Assembly: GCA_951406725.2 (NCBI GenBank)
Contig: OX597842.1
Span: 17,794,001-17,858,000 of the forward strand
Length of the DNA stretch: 64,000 nucleotides
Origin: Octopus vulgaris
Taxonomy: Eukaryota
Reading direction: 5' to 3'
Shown here: positions 1 to 13,542 of the stretch, one piece after another
How positions within the stretch are numbered: the stretch's first letter is position 1
Layout: the number at the start of each line of letters is the position of its first letter
Made by a program: the position numbers and the translations under genes
Notes under the pieces: model-generated
Seen by the model: the letters and a program-made list of their open reading frames with translations, nothing else
What the model was told of the DNA's origin: nothing
The model's database searches: none

Positions 1-110
1 CTGATTGGTTGAAATTGCAGAAATTGAAGAAAAAAAAACCCAAATATCTTACAAACTATAGAATTTTCTCAATAAAGCCAAGAGAAAAGAATGTTAAAAG
101 AGTTTAGTTA

Positions 111-342
111 CTCTCTCTTACTCTTTTACTCTTTTACCTGTTTCAGTCATTTGACAGCGGCCATGCTGGAGCACCGCCTTTAGTCGAGCAACTCGATCCC
201 GGGACTTATTCTTCGTAAGCCCAGTACTTATTCTATCGGTCTCTTTTGCCGAACCGCTAGGTGACGGGGACATAAACACACCAGCATCGGTTGTCAAGCA
301 ATGCTAGGGGGACAAACACAGACACACAAACACACCCGCACA

Positions 343-399
<57 letters not shown>

Positions 400-518
400 G
401 ACGGGCTTCTTTCAGTTTCCGTCTACCAAATCCACTCACAAGGCTTTGGTCGGCCCGAGGCTATAGTAGAAGACACTTGCCCAAGGTGCCACGCAGTGGG
501 ACTGAACCCGGAACCATG
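111..518 (-). mobile_element. tRNA-derived CORE-like SINE with internal (TA)n/(TG)n, 5' truncated
   Basis: gcaccttgggcaagtgtcttctactatagcc core and gtaaaaga tail repeats. Confidence 0.85.
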
Positions 519-621
519 TCCTCCGAGAATATTACAGATTCCCACTTTAATTATAAAACAATCTTCACTGTTAAGGCCAACTTTGCCTCCGTGCAATGAA
601 GGTAATAATAATATATTAAGA

Positions 622-860
622 TAGGGCGGCGAGCTGGCAGAATCGTTAGCACGCCGGGCGAAATGCGTAGCCGTATTTCGTCTGCCGCTACATTCTGAGT
701 TCAAATTCCGCCGAGGTCGACTTTGCCTTTCATCCTTTCGGGGTCGATAAATTAAGTACCTGTTACGCACTGGGGTCGATGTAATCGACTTAATCCCTTT
801 GTCTGTCCTTGTTTGTCCCTTCTGTGTTTAGCCCCTTGTGGGTAGTAAAGAAACAGGTAC
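622..860 (+). mobile_element. tRNA-derived SINE with Meta-like central domain and 17-bp TSD
   Basis: A/B-box-like head, gactttgcctttcatcctttcggggtcgataaa core, TSD taataatatattaagat on both sides. Other copies at 15463, 16205, 25270, 27474, 27866, 31513, 44391 and 52271. Confidence 0.85.
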
Positions 861-1228
861 TAATAATATATTAAGATTGGTTCGACTCATGTTGATGTCT
901 TCTATAAATTCTATACATGGTTCTTGTTAAAAGAAACAATCTTAATCATGATAATTTGTTCCTTACTTCAATGATGCCGGTGACACATATTAAAGGTCCC
1001 CTTGTAGAACTATACTGATAAAGAAGTATAGAATTATATTATCGCCCTCAAATTTTAGAAACAACAATCATAGCTTTTCCTTTTAATACTTAATTGCATG
1101 AGATTGAAGCCATGAACTTCCTCGAATTGAGGTCTCTCATTTACGCTTAATTAAAATATAGTTTGTTTTTAGAATAACCTATAAGTATTTGCAAACAGGT
1201 CTTCCTTTCGTCGTAAACCGGTGATTAC

Positions 1229-1274
1229 CGTGCGTTGACAAGAGGCAAATTACCTCGAAACTGCAGTCCGTGCG
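1229..1274 (+). ncRNA. Minimal type I hammerhead ribozyme motif, U3-A8 variant, at the tip of a longer imperfect hairpin (1197-1305)
   Basis: cgtgcg-TTGACAA-gagg(caaatta)cctc-GAAA-ctgcag-TC-cgtgcg: stem II 4 bp, palindromic stem III, stem I with two G-U pairs, predicted cleavage after C1268. Confidence 0.7.
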
Positions 1275-1860
1275 TATCGCTTAGGTTTACGAGAGGGGAT
1301 GACCTCCCTTTGCATATATCATAAGGGCACAGAAAGTGTGCCTAACGCCAGCTGGAGACGATGATCTCCTGGGGCTAAAAGCTACCGTAACACCCACCCT
1401 TAGTGGTTAGCCATATGGATATGGCTAGTATACTTTACGTTAAAATAAATTAATTATACTTAAATCCAATTTTTTGCCTTCTGTTCTTTTTTTAATGCAA
1501 ATTTTTATTGCATGGGACTAAAACTAGGAAATTCCTCATGCTGTCTTCTATCCTTAAAACTAAAATAAATATATTTTGCTTTTGAAATAAAAGTTATTTA
1601 GATTTAAACTTGATTGGTCGCATTGTTTACTCTCTATAACGTTGCTACAAATTTTGATCTAAACTTTTTTTACTGGACCAAATCTCAATTATTTTAAGCC
1701 AAAATGTAGCTAGGGACAAGACTTCTTCAGAAATGTTAGCAATTTTTACTTTGGTTCAGAACTGAATTAGCAACAAGCTCTGAAAGATGCTGCTTCTGAG
1801 TAAATTGCGGTCTTAAGAATATTATTCAACTAATACCATAGTTGAATGATATATATAGAG

Positions 1861-1907
<47 letters not shown>

Positions 1908-1929
1908 CAGCACTTTTTTCGATGGCCCG

Positions 1930-1986
1930 TTAACTGAAGAGATGCCGGTGTGGGTTTCCGCCCCGACATCCGAAACTCGGATTTTT
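1930..1986 (+). ncRNA. Degenerate hammerhead-like motif
   Basis: ttaa-CTGAAGA-gatgccgg...ccgacatc-c-GAAA-ctcgga; stem III and the cleavage triplet are damaged. Confidence 0.4.
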
Positions 1987-2024
1987 ATCATGGCTACCGA
2001 ATAATTGTCACATATTATATAAAT

Positions 2025-2552
<528 letters not shown>

Positions 2553-2734
2553 AGAAGGAAAAGTGCGATAGGCTAAAACCAGGCGAATACCACAGTTAGC
2601 ATTTCATGCGTGAAACCTAGCGAATATAACGTCCATATTGATTAAATATGGTAGGCGATTAGTACAAACTGTAAATCGAAAGTTATTCACCAATTGGTAT
2701 GTTGGTGTATTAATCACAGATTATGCAAGCATTT

Positions 2735-2915
2735 AGATACTGGCACTCCGTCGGTTACGACGACGAGATTTCCACTTGATCTGATCATTGGAACAGCCTG
2801 CTTGTGAAATTAACGTGAAAGTGGATGAGCACTCCAACAAACACGCGTACCCTTAACGTAGTTATCAGGGAGAATCAGCGTGACACAGAGTGTGGCAAGG
2901 CTGGCCCCTTTGAAT
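2735..2915 (+). mobile_element. Nin/Deu-domain-like SINE fragment
   Basis: gagcactcc..acacgcgtacccttaacgtagtt..gggaga.tcagcgtgacacagagtgtg matches my recollection of this domain; not verified by search. Confidence 0.45.
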
Positions 2916-3049
2916 AAAACAATTAAAAAGAAGCAATAGATAACAAAGGAGATGAGGAAAGCTTCTAACAATGCAGAGCTGAAGGTTGAATAGCTTCTAT
3001 ATATTTCGAGTGCAAAGCCCATATTCAGGAGTGTCGAAGAAATGCGTGT

Positions 3050-3432
3050 AGTTAGTTAGTTCGTTAGTTAGTTAATTTTTTGGCTCAAAAAGCAAAAAGC
3101 AAGGCCATGTAGGGGACATGGAGTTATGTACAGGGAGGGTGGTCATACAAAGATTTCAGGCCGTTTCTGGTCAAGAGAGACTTTGAACCGAGCGGTCGCC
3201 GGCATCTTCACTATCTCGTCCGGCAGCTTATTCCACGGATTCGCAACCCGGACGGAGAAAGCCCCTCTCCTTCGATTGTGATGAAATCGTCGCAGATAGA
3301 GCTTTTCGGAGTGACCCTGCAGCCGACGCTCTGCAGCAGGAGTGAAGAACAGCACTTTCGAGAGGTTACACTTTCCGCTTATGATGTTGTGAGCAAGAAT
3401 GAGATCACCACGGCGTCGTCGTGTTTCTAGAT
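3050..3432 (-). mobile_element. CR1-type LINE 3' end
   Basis: RRRGDLI...LQGHSEKL...FSVRVANPWNKLPDEIV...FKVSLD is a typical CR1 ORF2 C-terminus; short (AACT)n tail. Confidence 0.8.
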
Positions 3433-3574
3433 CCTATCGGTTGGATTGCCGGATTGGCAGTCGCTCCTCATATGATCTAGAATCTGCTCCTTTTCACTCA
3501 ATGAAAATCGTTTGGTGCCTAACTCAGACAGGCTGCCTCGGATATTCGTGTACCTCACCTTGAGCAGTCACAGA

Positions 3575-4062
3575 AGTGAGACCCTAAGCTCCACGCGGCC
3601 CCAGCAGAAGGTAATGGCGAACTGTGGAGGCACATAGCCTAGTGGTCAGAGCAGCGAACTCGCGGTCAGGTTCGAATCTCAGACCGGGCGGTGTGTGTGT
3701 TTATGAGCACAACACCTAAGCTCCACGCGGCTCTGGCAGAAGGTAATAGTGAAATGTGGAGGCACCTGGCCTAGTGGTTAGAGCAGCGGACTCGCGGTCG
3801 AGGGATCGCAGGTTCGAATCTCAGACCGGACGGTGTGCGTGTTTATGAGCAAAACACCTAAGCTCCACGCAGCTCTGGCAGAAGGTAATGGCGAAACTTC
3901 TGCTGACCCTTTCGCCACAACTTTCTCTCACTCTTTCCTCCGGCATCTTGTTGCTCCCCTTTCGATGAACCGGCGCCCCGTCCAGATGGGGAACCTATAT
4001 GCCAAGGAAACTGGGAAACCGGCCTTTATGAGCCAGACATAGCTCGAGAAGGAACAGACAGA
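3575..4062 (+). mobile_element. tRNA-Arg-like SINE with V-like domain and tandem repeated heads
   Basis: tggaggcac..ggcctagtggttagagcagcggactcgcgg head repeated; gatgaaccggcgccccgtccag V-like motif. Confidence 0.75.
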
Positions 4063-4496
4063 CAGAAGGAAGACCGCTAAGACCACCTCAGTTTTTTGGA
4101 CAGACTATTTCAAGTAAGAAACGATTTCGGACACTCACGATATACCACAGCTAGCCTTCAACAAGACACAGCGCGATTCTCTTTTCTCGGTCAATAATTA
4201 TTTTATCAGCATTTTTCTTTCGTAAACAGCCAACACAAGTAGAACATGTCCAGCAATAATTATGTTATAAGATCTTTTGTTCGTGATTTCGCTTCATTTA
4301 TCATTGACGCAGCCAGTCAGGCCACAATACGATGGTCACACTCGAATTACCATGCACACGCAACATCGCGTGACATGTACGTATAATCAGTCAATGAAAT
4401 AATAACGCCGCCATTGATTGATTATTCATACACGACATCCATTTTTGTATAATACACACGCACACATGCATATGTGAAATAAAATTGAATGACGTT

Positions 4497-4517
4497 ATAT
4501 ACATACATATATATATG

Positions 4518-4576
<59 letters not shown>

Positions 4577-4600
4577 GTATGTATATATATATATGTATAT

Positions 4601-4632
<32 letters not shown>

Positions 4633-4653
4633 GTATGTATATATATATGCATG

Positions 4654-4712
<59 letters not shown>

Positions 4713-4719
4713 ATATATT

Positions 4720-4755
<36 letters not shown>

Positions 4756-5101
4756 TATATATATATGTATGTATATATATATGTATATATATATGTATGT
4801 ATATATATTTATATATATATATATGTATGTATATATGTATGTATATATATATATGTATATATATATATATTTTGTATATATATATTCATGTATATATATA
4901 TATATATATGCATGTGTATATATATATGTATGTATATATATATGTATATATATATGTATATATATATATATGTATGTATATATATTTATATATGTATGTA
5001 TATATATATATGTATGTATATATATATATATGTATGTATATATGTATATATATATATGTATGTATATATATATTTATATATATATATGTATGTATATATG
5101 T

Positions 5102-5163
<62 letters not shown>

Positions 5164-5284
5164 GTATGTATATATATATGTATATATATATGTATATATA
5201 TATATATGCATGTATATATATATGCATGTATATATATATATATGTATGTATGTATATATGCATGTATGTACATATATATGTATG

Positions 5285-5343
<59 letters not shown>

Positions 5344-5480
5344 GTATATATATATAACACATACACACACAACACACACACATATACACACACAAACACA
5401 CGCAACACACATACACACATACACACACATACACACAAGGATATCAGAACACACACACGCACATAAACACGTAGTCATAG
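4497..5480. repeat. Compound (TA)/(TATG)/(TG)/(CA) microsatellite
   Basis: Direct reading. Confidence 0.95.
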
Positions 5481-5571
5481 ACGCACTCTTTCCCCCCTCT
5501 CTCCTACAACAGAATCAACTACACTACACACACACACATACACACACACCCGGATGCACTCACACACACAC

Positions 5572-5610
<39 letters not shown>

Positions 5611-5696
5611 CTCTCTTTCCCTTTCTCTCGTACATACTCACTCATATTCATGTTACAGAAATATTGAACCTAAAACTTCTTATCTGCATCTCCCAC

Positions 5697-7331
5697 AGCG
5701 GATTAAGTCGATTACATCGACCCCAGTGCATAACTGGTACTTATTTAATCGACCCCGAAATGATGAAAGGCGAAGTCGACCTCTGCGGAATTTGAACTCA
5801 GATTGTAAAGACAGACGAAATACCTATTTCTTTACTATCCACAAGGGGCTAAACATAGAGGGGACAAACAAGGACAGACAAAGGGATTAAGTTGATTATA
5901 TCGACCCCAGTGCGAAAGTGGTACTTTATTTATCAACCCCGAAAGGATGAAAGGCAAAGTCGACCTCGGCGGAATTTGAACTCAGATTGTAAAGACAGAC
6001 GAAATACCTATTTCTTCACTACCCACAAGGGGCTAAACATAGAAGGAAAAAAAAGGACAGACATAGGTATTAAGTCGATTACATCGACCCCAGTTTGTAA
6101 CTGGTACTTATTTAATCGACCCCGAAAGGATGAAAAGCAAAGTCGACCTCGGCGGAATTTGAACTCAGAACGTAACGGCAGACGAAATACCTATTTCTTT
6201 ACTACCCACAAGGGGCTAAACACAGAGAGGAGAAACAAGGACAGACAAACGGAGTATGTCGACCCAAGTGCGTAACTGGTACTTATTTAATAGACCCCGA
6301 AAGGGTGAAAGGCAAAGTCGACCTCGGCGGAATTTAAACTCAGAACGTAACGGCAGACGAAATACCTATTTCTTCACTACCCACAAGGGGCTACACACAG
6401 AGAGGACAAACAAGGACAGACAAATGGATTATGTCGATTATATCGACTCCAGTCTGTAACTGGTACTTATTTAATCGACCCCGAAAGGATGAAAGGCAAA
6501 GTCGACCTCGGCGGAATTTGAACTCAGAACGTAGCGGCAGTCGAAATACCTATTTCTTTACTACCCACAAGGAGCTAAACAAAGAGGGGACAAACAAGGA
6601 CAGACAAACGGATTAAGTCGATTATATCGACCTCATTGCGTAACTGGTACTTATTTAATCGACCCCGAAAGGATGAACGCCGAAGTCGATCTCGGCGGAA
6701 TTTGAACTCAGAACGTAGCGGCAGACGAAATACTTATTTCTTCATTACCCACAAGGGGCTAAACACAGAGGGGACAAACAAGGACAGACATAGGTATTAA
6801 GTCGATTACATCGACTCCAGTGCGTAACTGGTACTTATTTAATCGACACCGAAAGAATGAAAGGCAAAGTCGACCTCGGCGGAATTTGAACTCAGAACGT
6901 AGCGGCAGACGAAATACTTATTTCTTCATTACCCACAAGGGGCTAAACACAGAGGGGACAAACAATGACAGACATAGGTATTAAGTCGATTACATCGACC
7001 CCAGTGCGTAACTTGTACTTATATAATTGACACCGAAAGCATGAAAGGCAAAGTCGACCTCGGCGGAATTTGAACTCAGAACGTAGCGGCAGATGAAATA
7101 CTTATTTCTTCATTACCCAGAAGGGGCTACACACAGAGGGTACAAACAAGGACAGACAAATGGATTATGTCGATTATATCGACCCCAGTGCGTAACTGGT
7201 ACTTATTTAATCGACCCCGAAAGGATGAAAGGCAAAGTCGACCTCGGCGGAATTTGAACTCAGAACGTAGCGGCAGTCGAAATACGGCTACGCATTTCGC
7301 CCGGCGTGCTAACTTTTCTGCCAGCTCGCCA
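5697..7331 (-). repeat. Tandem multimer of the Meta-like SINE (9 units of ~180 bp)
   Basis: aaagtcgacctcggcggaatttgaactcag recurs nine times; only the unit ending at 7331 has the full tRNA head. Confidence 0.9.
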
Positions 7332-7679
7332 CTCGCAGACGAAATACCGTTATGTATGTTTCCCGGCGATAATAGTTCCGCCTGATCGCCACCTTGATAA
7401 TAGCAAATTCGTAATAGTTATATTCATGTGCTGCATATCCTAAACTGCCTCCTCAGATAAAGATTCCAAAGGAATGATTATGCAAAATCGAACGGCGCCA
7501 ATGTCAATAGCAACCACTTCATGACTATCTCCGTGAAGTTATTTACCATCGACATGTCCGTATCTCCTTCGTTACGCGCCACTGATTTGAATGTATAGAT
7601 ATATAGCACAGAATCTCAAATTGCAATAGAGACGTAATACTGAAATACTGTAAGAGTATTTTATTTCGATTTCATGTAT

Positions 7680-8948
7680 ATATGTATGTATAAGCCAATG
7701 AGAGGGACCTCTACATGGTAGCTAGACCTGGTAGAAATAGCAGCCAAATCTCCCTAAAAACACCCTGCTCTCTTATTTACGTATATATCTATGTATAAGC
7801 CAATGAGGGAGCCCTCTACATGGTAGCTAGACCTGGTAGAAATAGCAGCCAAATCTCCCTCAAATCACACCCTACTCACTTATCTATGTATATATGTATG
7901 TATGTATAAGCCAATGAGGGAGACCTCTACATGGTAGCTAGACCTGCTAGAAATAGCAGCCAAATCTCCCTAAAAACACCCTGCTGTCTTATCTATGTAT
8001 ATACGTATGTATAAGCCAATGGGGGAGACCTCTACATTGTAGCTAGACCTGGTAGAAATAGTTGCCAAATCTCCCTCAAATCACACCCTACTCTCTTATC
8101 TATGTATATATGTATGTATGAGCCAATGAGGGAGACCTCTACATGGTAGCTAGACCTGCTAGAAATAGCAGCCAAATCTCCCTAAAAACACCCTGCTGTC
8201 TTATCTATGTATATACGTATGTATAAGCCAATGCTGGAGACCTCTACATTGTAGCTAGACCTGGTAGAAATAGCAGCCAAATTTCCCTCAAATCACACAC
8301 TACTCACTTATCTATGTACATATGTATGTATGAGCCAATGAGGGAGACCTCTACATGGTAGCCAGACCTGGCAGAAATAGCAGCCAAATCTCCCTAAAAA
8401 CACCCTGCTCTCTTATTTATGTATATATGTATGTATAAGCCAACGAGGGAGACCTCTACATGGTAGATAGTCCTGGTAGAAATAGTTGCCAAATCTCCCT
8501 CAAATCACACCCTACTCTCTTATCTATGTCTATATGTATGTATGAGCCAATGAGGGAGACCTCTACATGGTAGCTAGACCTTGTAGAAATAGCAGCCAAA
8601 TCTCCCTCAAATCACACCCTACTCTCTTATCTATGTATATATGTACGTATAATCCAATGAGGGAGACTTCTACATGGTAGCCAGACCTGGCAGAAATAGT
8701 TGCCAAATCTCCCTCAAATCACACCCTACTCTCTTATCTATGTATATATGTACGTATAATCCAATGAGGGAGACTTCTACATGGTAGCCAGACCTGGCAG
8801 AAATAGTTGCCAAATCTCCCTCAAATCACACCCTACTCTCTTATCTATGTATATATGTATGTATGAGCCAATGAGGAAGACCTCTACATGGTAGCTAGAC
8901 CTGGTAGAAATAGCAACCAAATCTCCCTAAAAACACCCTACTGTCTTA
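7680..8948. repeat. Minisatellite, 12 x ~105-111 bp with two alternating subtypes
   Basis: gccaatgagggagacctctacatggtagctagacctggtagaaatagcagccaaatctccct recurs 12 times. Confidence 0.95.
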
Positions 8949-9372
8949 ATCCGACAATTCTGCCTATTATGTAGTTTTAATGAGAAACTGTAACTAAAGA
9001 TTAAGATTATTAACCCCAAAATTCTACGCGTTTTAATAGCAATCAATTTTTTCTCTTTTTTTTTTTTTGCTTTTCTCGTAGTTTTTCATGTCAGATGTAA
9101 AGGTGACAGAGAGGAGAGAGAGAGAGAGAGGTAGATAGATAGATGTGTGTATGTTCGTCTCCCACCACCGCCTGACAACTGCTGTTGGTGTGTTTACATC
9201 CCGATAACAGTGGTTCGGCTAAAGAAACCAATAGAATATATTCTAGGCTTTAAAATTATATATAAAAAGGAAAGTACTGTGTGTGGATGCGTACACACAC
9301 ACACAACATACATACATATATATATATATACTTACATTATATATATATATATACTTACATATATATATATAG

Positions 9373-9870
9373 TTAATCCAAACAAGAAAGCACAAAAAAC
9401 ACAACAACGCGAGGAAGTGGAACAAATATAGTATTATTGGACGCTCGGGAAAGAAGGGAAGAAGGAGGGTTTGACGATGCGAGCGGAGCTCTTCGTCGGA
9501 AACATAGGAGAAGGAAAGATCCAGAGAAGAGAAGACAGAGGGAAAAAATCGCCAACGGTACACACGAGGTCACGTTTTGAAAGACCGGAAGGAAATGGGC
9601 GAAGAAAGTTGTTTTCAAAGACAGGAGAATGGTAGAGGAGGAGGAATGTGTGTGTAAGTGTGGATATGTGCGTGCGCGGAGGTCTGCGTGTGCGTGTGTG
9701 TGTATGTGTGTGTGGTTGTGGCTGTAAACAAAGCGTGTTTGTAGGGCTGGTAGAAGGAATGGTGCATTATATATATATATATATATATATATAAATGTAT
9801 AATCCAAACAAGAACAAAAAAACACAACAACGCGAGGACGTGGAACAAATGAATTATTATTGGGCGCTGA
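9373..9870 (-). mobile_element. Penelope-like non-autonomous fragment with partial terminal repeat
   Basis: 9375-9566 homologous to 37198-37398; 9802-9868 repeats 9377-9446; degenerate hammerhead. Confidence 0.55.
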
Positions 9871-10012
9871 GTGTGTGTGTGTGTATGTATACATACACAC
9901 GCACACACACATGACGGAAAGAAACAAACCATGAGCGATAAAATTTATATCCTAATTAAAGTTTAAAATGAAGGAATGAGTTAAGGGAAATCACTCTAAA
10001 ATAAGAGAAATC

Positions 10013-10425
10013 GAATCTTTCTGTTTGAACGGCAGTTCTTTCTAGCAGTGTCATATGAAATTGTCACCCATAATTATGACCCTAGTATCGATCTATTGCA
10101 TTTCAATCTGTTTTAGGGTTAAGGTTAGGGGTGAGAGGAAGGGTATCTTTTTTCTTCAGAAATGTAAATATACCCAATCTGTTTCTTAAACGAGGGACAT
10201 ATTCATACGGCACAGAATGTTTTCACCTCAATAGACGTCATTGATTGGTTGAAATTGCAGAAATCGAAGAAAAAATAGCAAATATCTTACAAGCTATAGA
10301 ATTTTCTCAATAAAGCCAAGAGAACAAGATGTTTTATAAACACATTCTACCAGTATACGAAGTTTAAAAGAGTTTAATTACGTGGAAATTATTTAAAAAA
10401 ACTGCCATTCAAACCGAAAAGATCC
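10013..10425. mobile_element. Same TIR element family; partial copies at 1-110, 39379-39465 and 43178-43532
   Basis: TIRs gaatcttttctgtttgaacggcag...ctgccattcaaaccgaaaagatcc, internal ttagggtt repeats. Confidence 0.75.
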
Positions 10426-10824
10426 AAACTCACAAGGCTTTGGTCGGCCCGAAGCTATAGTAGAAGACACTTGCCCAAGGTGCCACGCAGTGGGACTTAA
10501 CCCGGAACCATGTGGTTCGTAAGCAAGCTACTTACCACACAGCCACTCCTACGCCCATATATATATATATATTATTCTTTTACTTTGTTACTTGTTTCAG
10601 TCATTTGTGTGTGGTCATGCTGGAGCACCGCCTTTTACTTGAAAAAACAGACCCCTGGACTTATTCTTTGTAAGCGTGGTGCTTATTTTATTGATTTCTT
10701 CTACCAAACCACTAAGTTACGGGGACGTAAACACGCCAACATCGGTTGTCAAGCGATTGTGGGGGACAGACGCACCAACTCAGGCGGCCTCGGGTATTTG
10801 TGTACACCACTTTGAGCAGTCAAA

Positions 10825-11885
10825 GTGTATTTCGAAATTCTGTAAAATGTTTTGTTTTTTTTTAAATGTATTTTGAAAATTTTGTGAAATGTATTTTGAA
10901 ATTCTGTAAATGTTTTTTTTTTTTGAAAATGTATTTGGAAAATTTTGTGAAATGTATTTTGAAATTTTGTGAAATGTATTTTGAAATTCTGTAAAATGTT
11001 TTTTTTTTTGAAAATGTATTTTGAAAATTTTGTGAAATGTATTTTGAAATTTTGTGAAATGTATTTTGAAATTCTGTAAAATGTTTTTTTTTTGAAAATG
11101 TATTTTGAAAATTTTGTGAAATGTATTTTGAAATTTTGTGAAATGTATTTTGAAATTCTGTAAAATTTTTTTTTTTTGAAAATGTATTTTGAAAATTTTG
11201 TGAAATGTATTTTGAAATTTGGTGAAATGTATTTTGAAATTCTGTAAAATGTTTTTTTTTTTTTGAAAATGTATTTTGAAAATTTTGTGAAATGTATTTT
11301 GAAATTTTGTGAAATGTATTTTGAAATTCTGTAAAATGTTTTTTTTTTTTTGGAGAATGTATTTTGAAAATTTTGTGAAATGTATTTTGAAATTTTGTGA
11401 AATGTATTTTGAAATTCTGTAAAATGTTTTTGTTTTTGAAAATTTATTTTGAAAATTTTGTGAAATGTATTTTGAAATTTTGTGAAATGTATTTTGAAAT
11501 TCTGTAAATTTGCTTTTTTTTTGAAAATGTATTTGGAAAATTTTGTGAAATATATTTTGAAATTTGGTGAAATGTATTTTGAAATTCTGTAAAATGTTTT
11601 TTTTTTTGAAAATGTATTTTGAAAATTTTGTGAAATGTATTTTGAAATTTGGTGAAATGTATTTTGAAATTCTGTAAAATGTTTTTTTTTTTGAAAATGT
11701 ATTTTGAAAATTTTGTGAAATGTATTTTGAAATTTGGTGAAATGTATTTTGAAATTCTGTAAAATGTTTTTTTTTTTGAAAATTTATTTTGAAAATTTTG
11801 TGAAATGTATTTTGAAATTTTGTGAAATGTTTTTGTTTTGAAAATGTATTTTGAAAATTTTGTGAAATGTATTTTGAAATCCTGT
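10825..11885. repeat. AT-rich minisatellite, ~12 x 85 bp built from ~21-bp subunits
   Basis: gaaatgtattttgaaattttgt subunit; attctgtaaa marks each higher-order unit. Confidence 0.95.
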
Positions 11886-12060
11886 GAATAGAACTGACGA
11901 AATGTAACCACCCGATTTCGGGGATCGAGTAGGCATTACACCGCATTTTGTACATCTTTTCATAATTCATTATTTTTTAAATTTGTCTTCGTCTTATTTT
12001 CATCCACTTTTGTTATTTTTAATTTCCCCGATTTGTATTGTCCCTTCTTTGTTGGACCCT

Positions 12061-12290
12061 TACTCTTTTACTCTTTTACTTCTTTCAGTCATTTGACTGC
12101 GACCATGCTGGAGCACCGCCTTTAGTCGAGCAACTCGACCCCCAGGACTTATTCTTTGTAAGCCCAGTACTTACTCTATCGGTCTCTTTTGCCGAACCGC
12201 TAAGTGACGGGGACGTAAACACACCAGCATCGGTTGTCATGCAATGCTAGGGGAACAAATACAGACACACAAACACACACACATACATAC

Positions 12291-12332
<42 letters not shown>

Positions 12333-12494
12333 GACAGGCTTCTTTCAGTTTCCGTCTACCAAATCCACTCACAACGCTTTGGTCGGCCCGAGGCTATAGT
12401 AGAAGATACTTGCCCAAGATGCCACGCAGGGGGCTGAACCCGGAACCATGTGGTTGGTTAGCAAGCTACTTACCACACAGCCACTACTGCGCCC
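12061..12494 (-). mobile_element. CORE-like SINE, full length
   Basis: Head ggcgcagtagtggctgtgtggtaag, B box, microsatellite spacer, tail. Confidence 0.85.
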
Positions 12495-13064
12495 TTGTGG
12501 GTAATAAAAAAAAATCGACTTTGAGCAGTCACACTAGGAAGACCGCTAAGACCAGACCACCTCGGTTACTCGGACAGACTACTTCGAGCAAGAAACGATT
12601 TCGGACACTCACGCTGTACCACAGCTAGTCTTCTACAAGACACAGCACGATTCTCTCTTCACGGACGGCAAATATATCATCAACATTTTGTCCTTTGTAA
12701 ACAATCAATACAATACACAATGTCCAGCAATGAATAGGTTACAAGATATATTGTTCGTGATTTCGCTTCATGTATTATACACGAAGCCAATAAGGCCACA
12801 ACACGATAGTCACGCTCAATACACCACACATACGCTAACCCACTACATTGGGCTTACATGAAACATCACGAGGCATGTACGCATAATCAATCGATGACAT
12901 AATAAACCAGTCATTGATTTATTATGCATACACAGCATTCCCTTTGTGTAATATAAACTGACCGACGAACGGGAACGTGAATCTCAGAGTAAGAGGTTTT
13001 GTTGAATTTTCTGCTGCTTTTAAATAAAGTATATTATATACATATATATATAGACATATAATAT

Positions 13065-13136
<72 letters not shown>

Positions 13137-13253
13137 TTAAAAATTGAGGGAGATAAATTAATATTAATTTTAATATCAATTTCCCTTGTAGTTTGATCGT
13201 TGATGATCTTCTTCTAGCATTCTGGCCGGCTACCTAGCAGGCCAGCCCTGCCA

Positions 13254-13301
<48 letters not shown>

Positions 13302-13490
13302 CATTATATATAAGGGCTTAGTAAAATAAATTACTTTGCCACATACTGAACTCATTAGAAATAGCAGCTAAAGAAATTTCTTCAGCTATTTCTAATACTT
13401 AAAGAAGATCTCTCTCAGATAGTGTTTGCCTAAACCAACTCACAAAAGTATGGGGGAAAAAACATTAAAAAATCAAGTGCAAAGGTTATT

Positions 13491-13542
13491 TGAGAACGTA
13501 CGTTTCTAGATTAGTCAATTCGACATTTCTTTCTTCAGCTCA
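13491..13542 (-). ncRNA. Inverted copy of the 14130-14181 hammerhead motif
   Basis: Exact reverse complement within the inverted arm 13301-13653. Confidence 0.65.

Noticed and set aside
423-770. 115-aa ORF and similar RPRKDERQSRPRRNLNSE or [12 protein letters not shown] ORFs across the window
   Set aside because: Antisense translations of SINEs.
5697-8948. Regular repeats resembling CRISPR arrays (also 28381-29530)
   Set aside because: No unique spacers, eukaryotic context and no cas genes; these are head-to-tail tandem repeats.
10780-11970. 396-aa ORF rich in K/F/Q/N
   Set aside because: Translation of an 85-bp tandem repeat whose variable T-runs shift frame between units, so there is no coding constraint.
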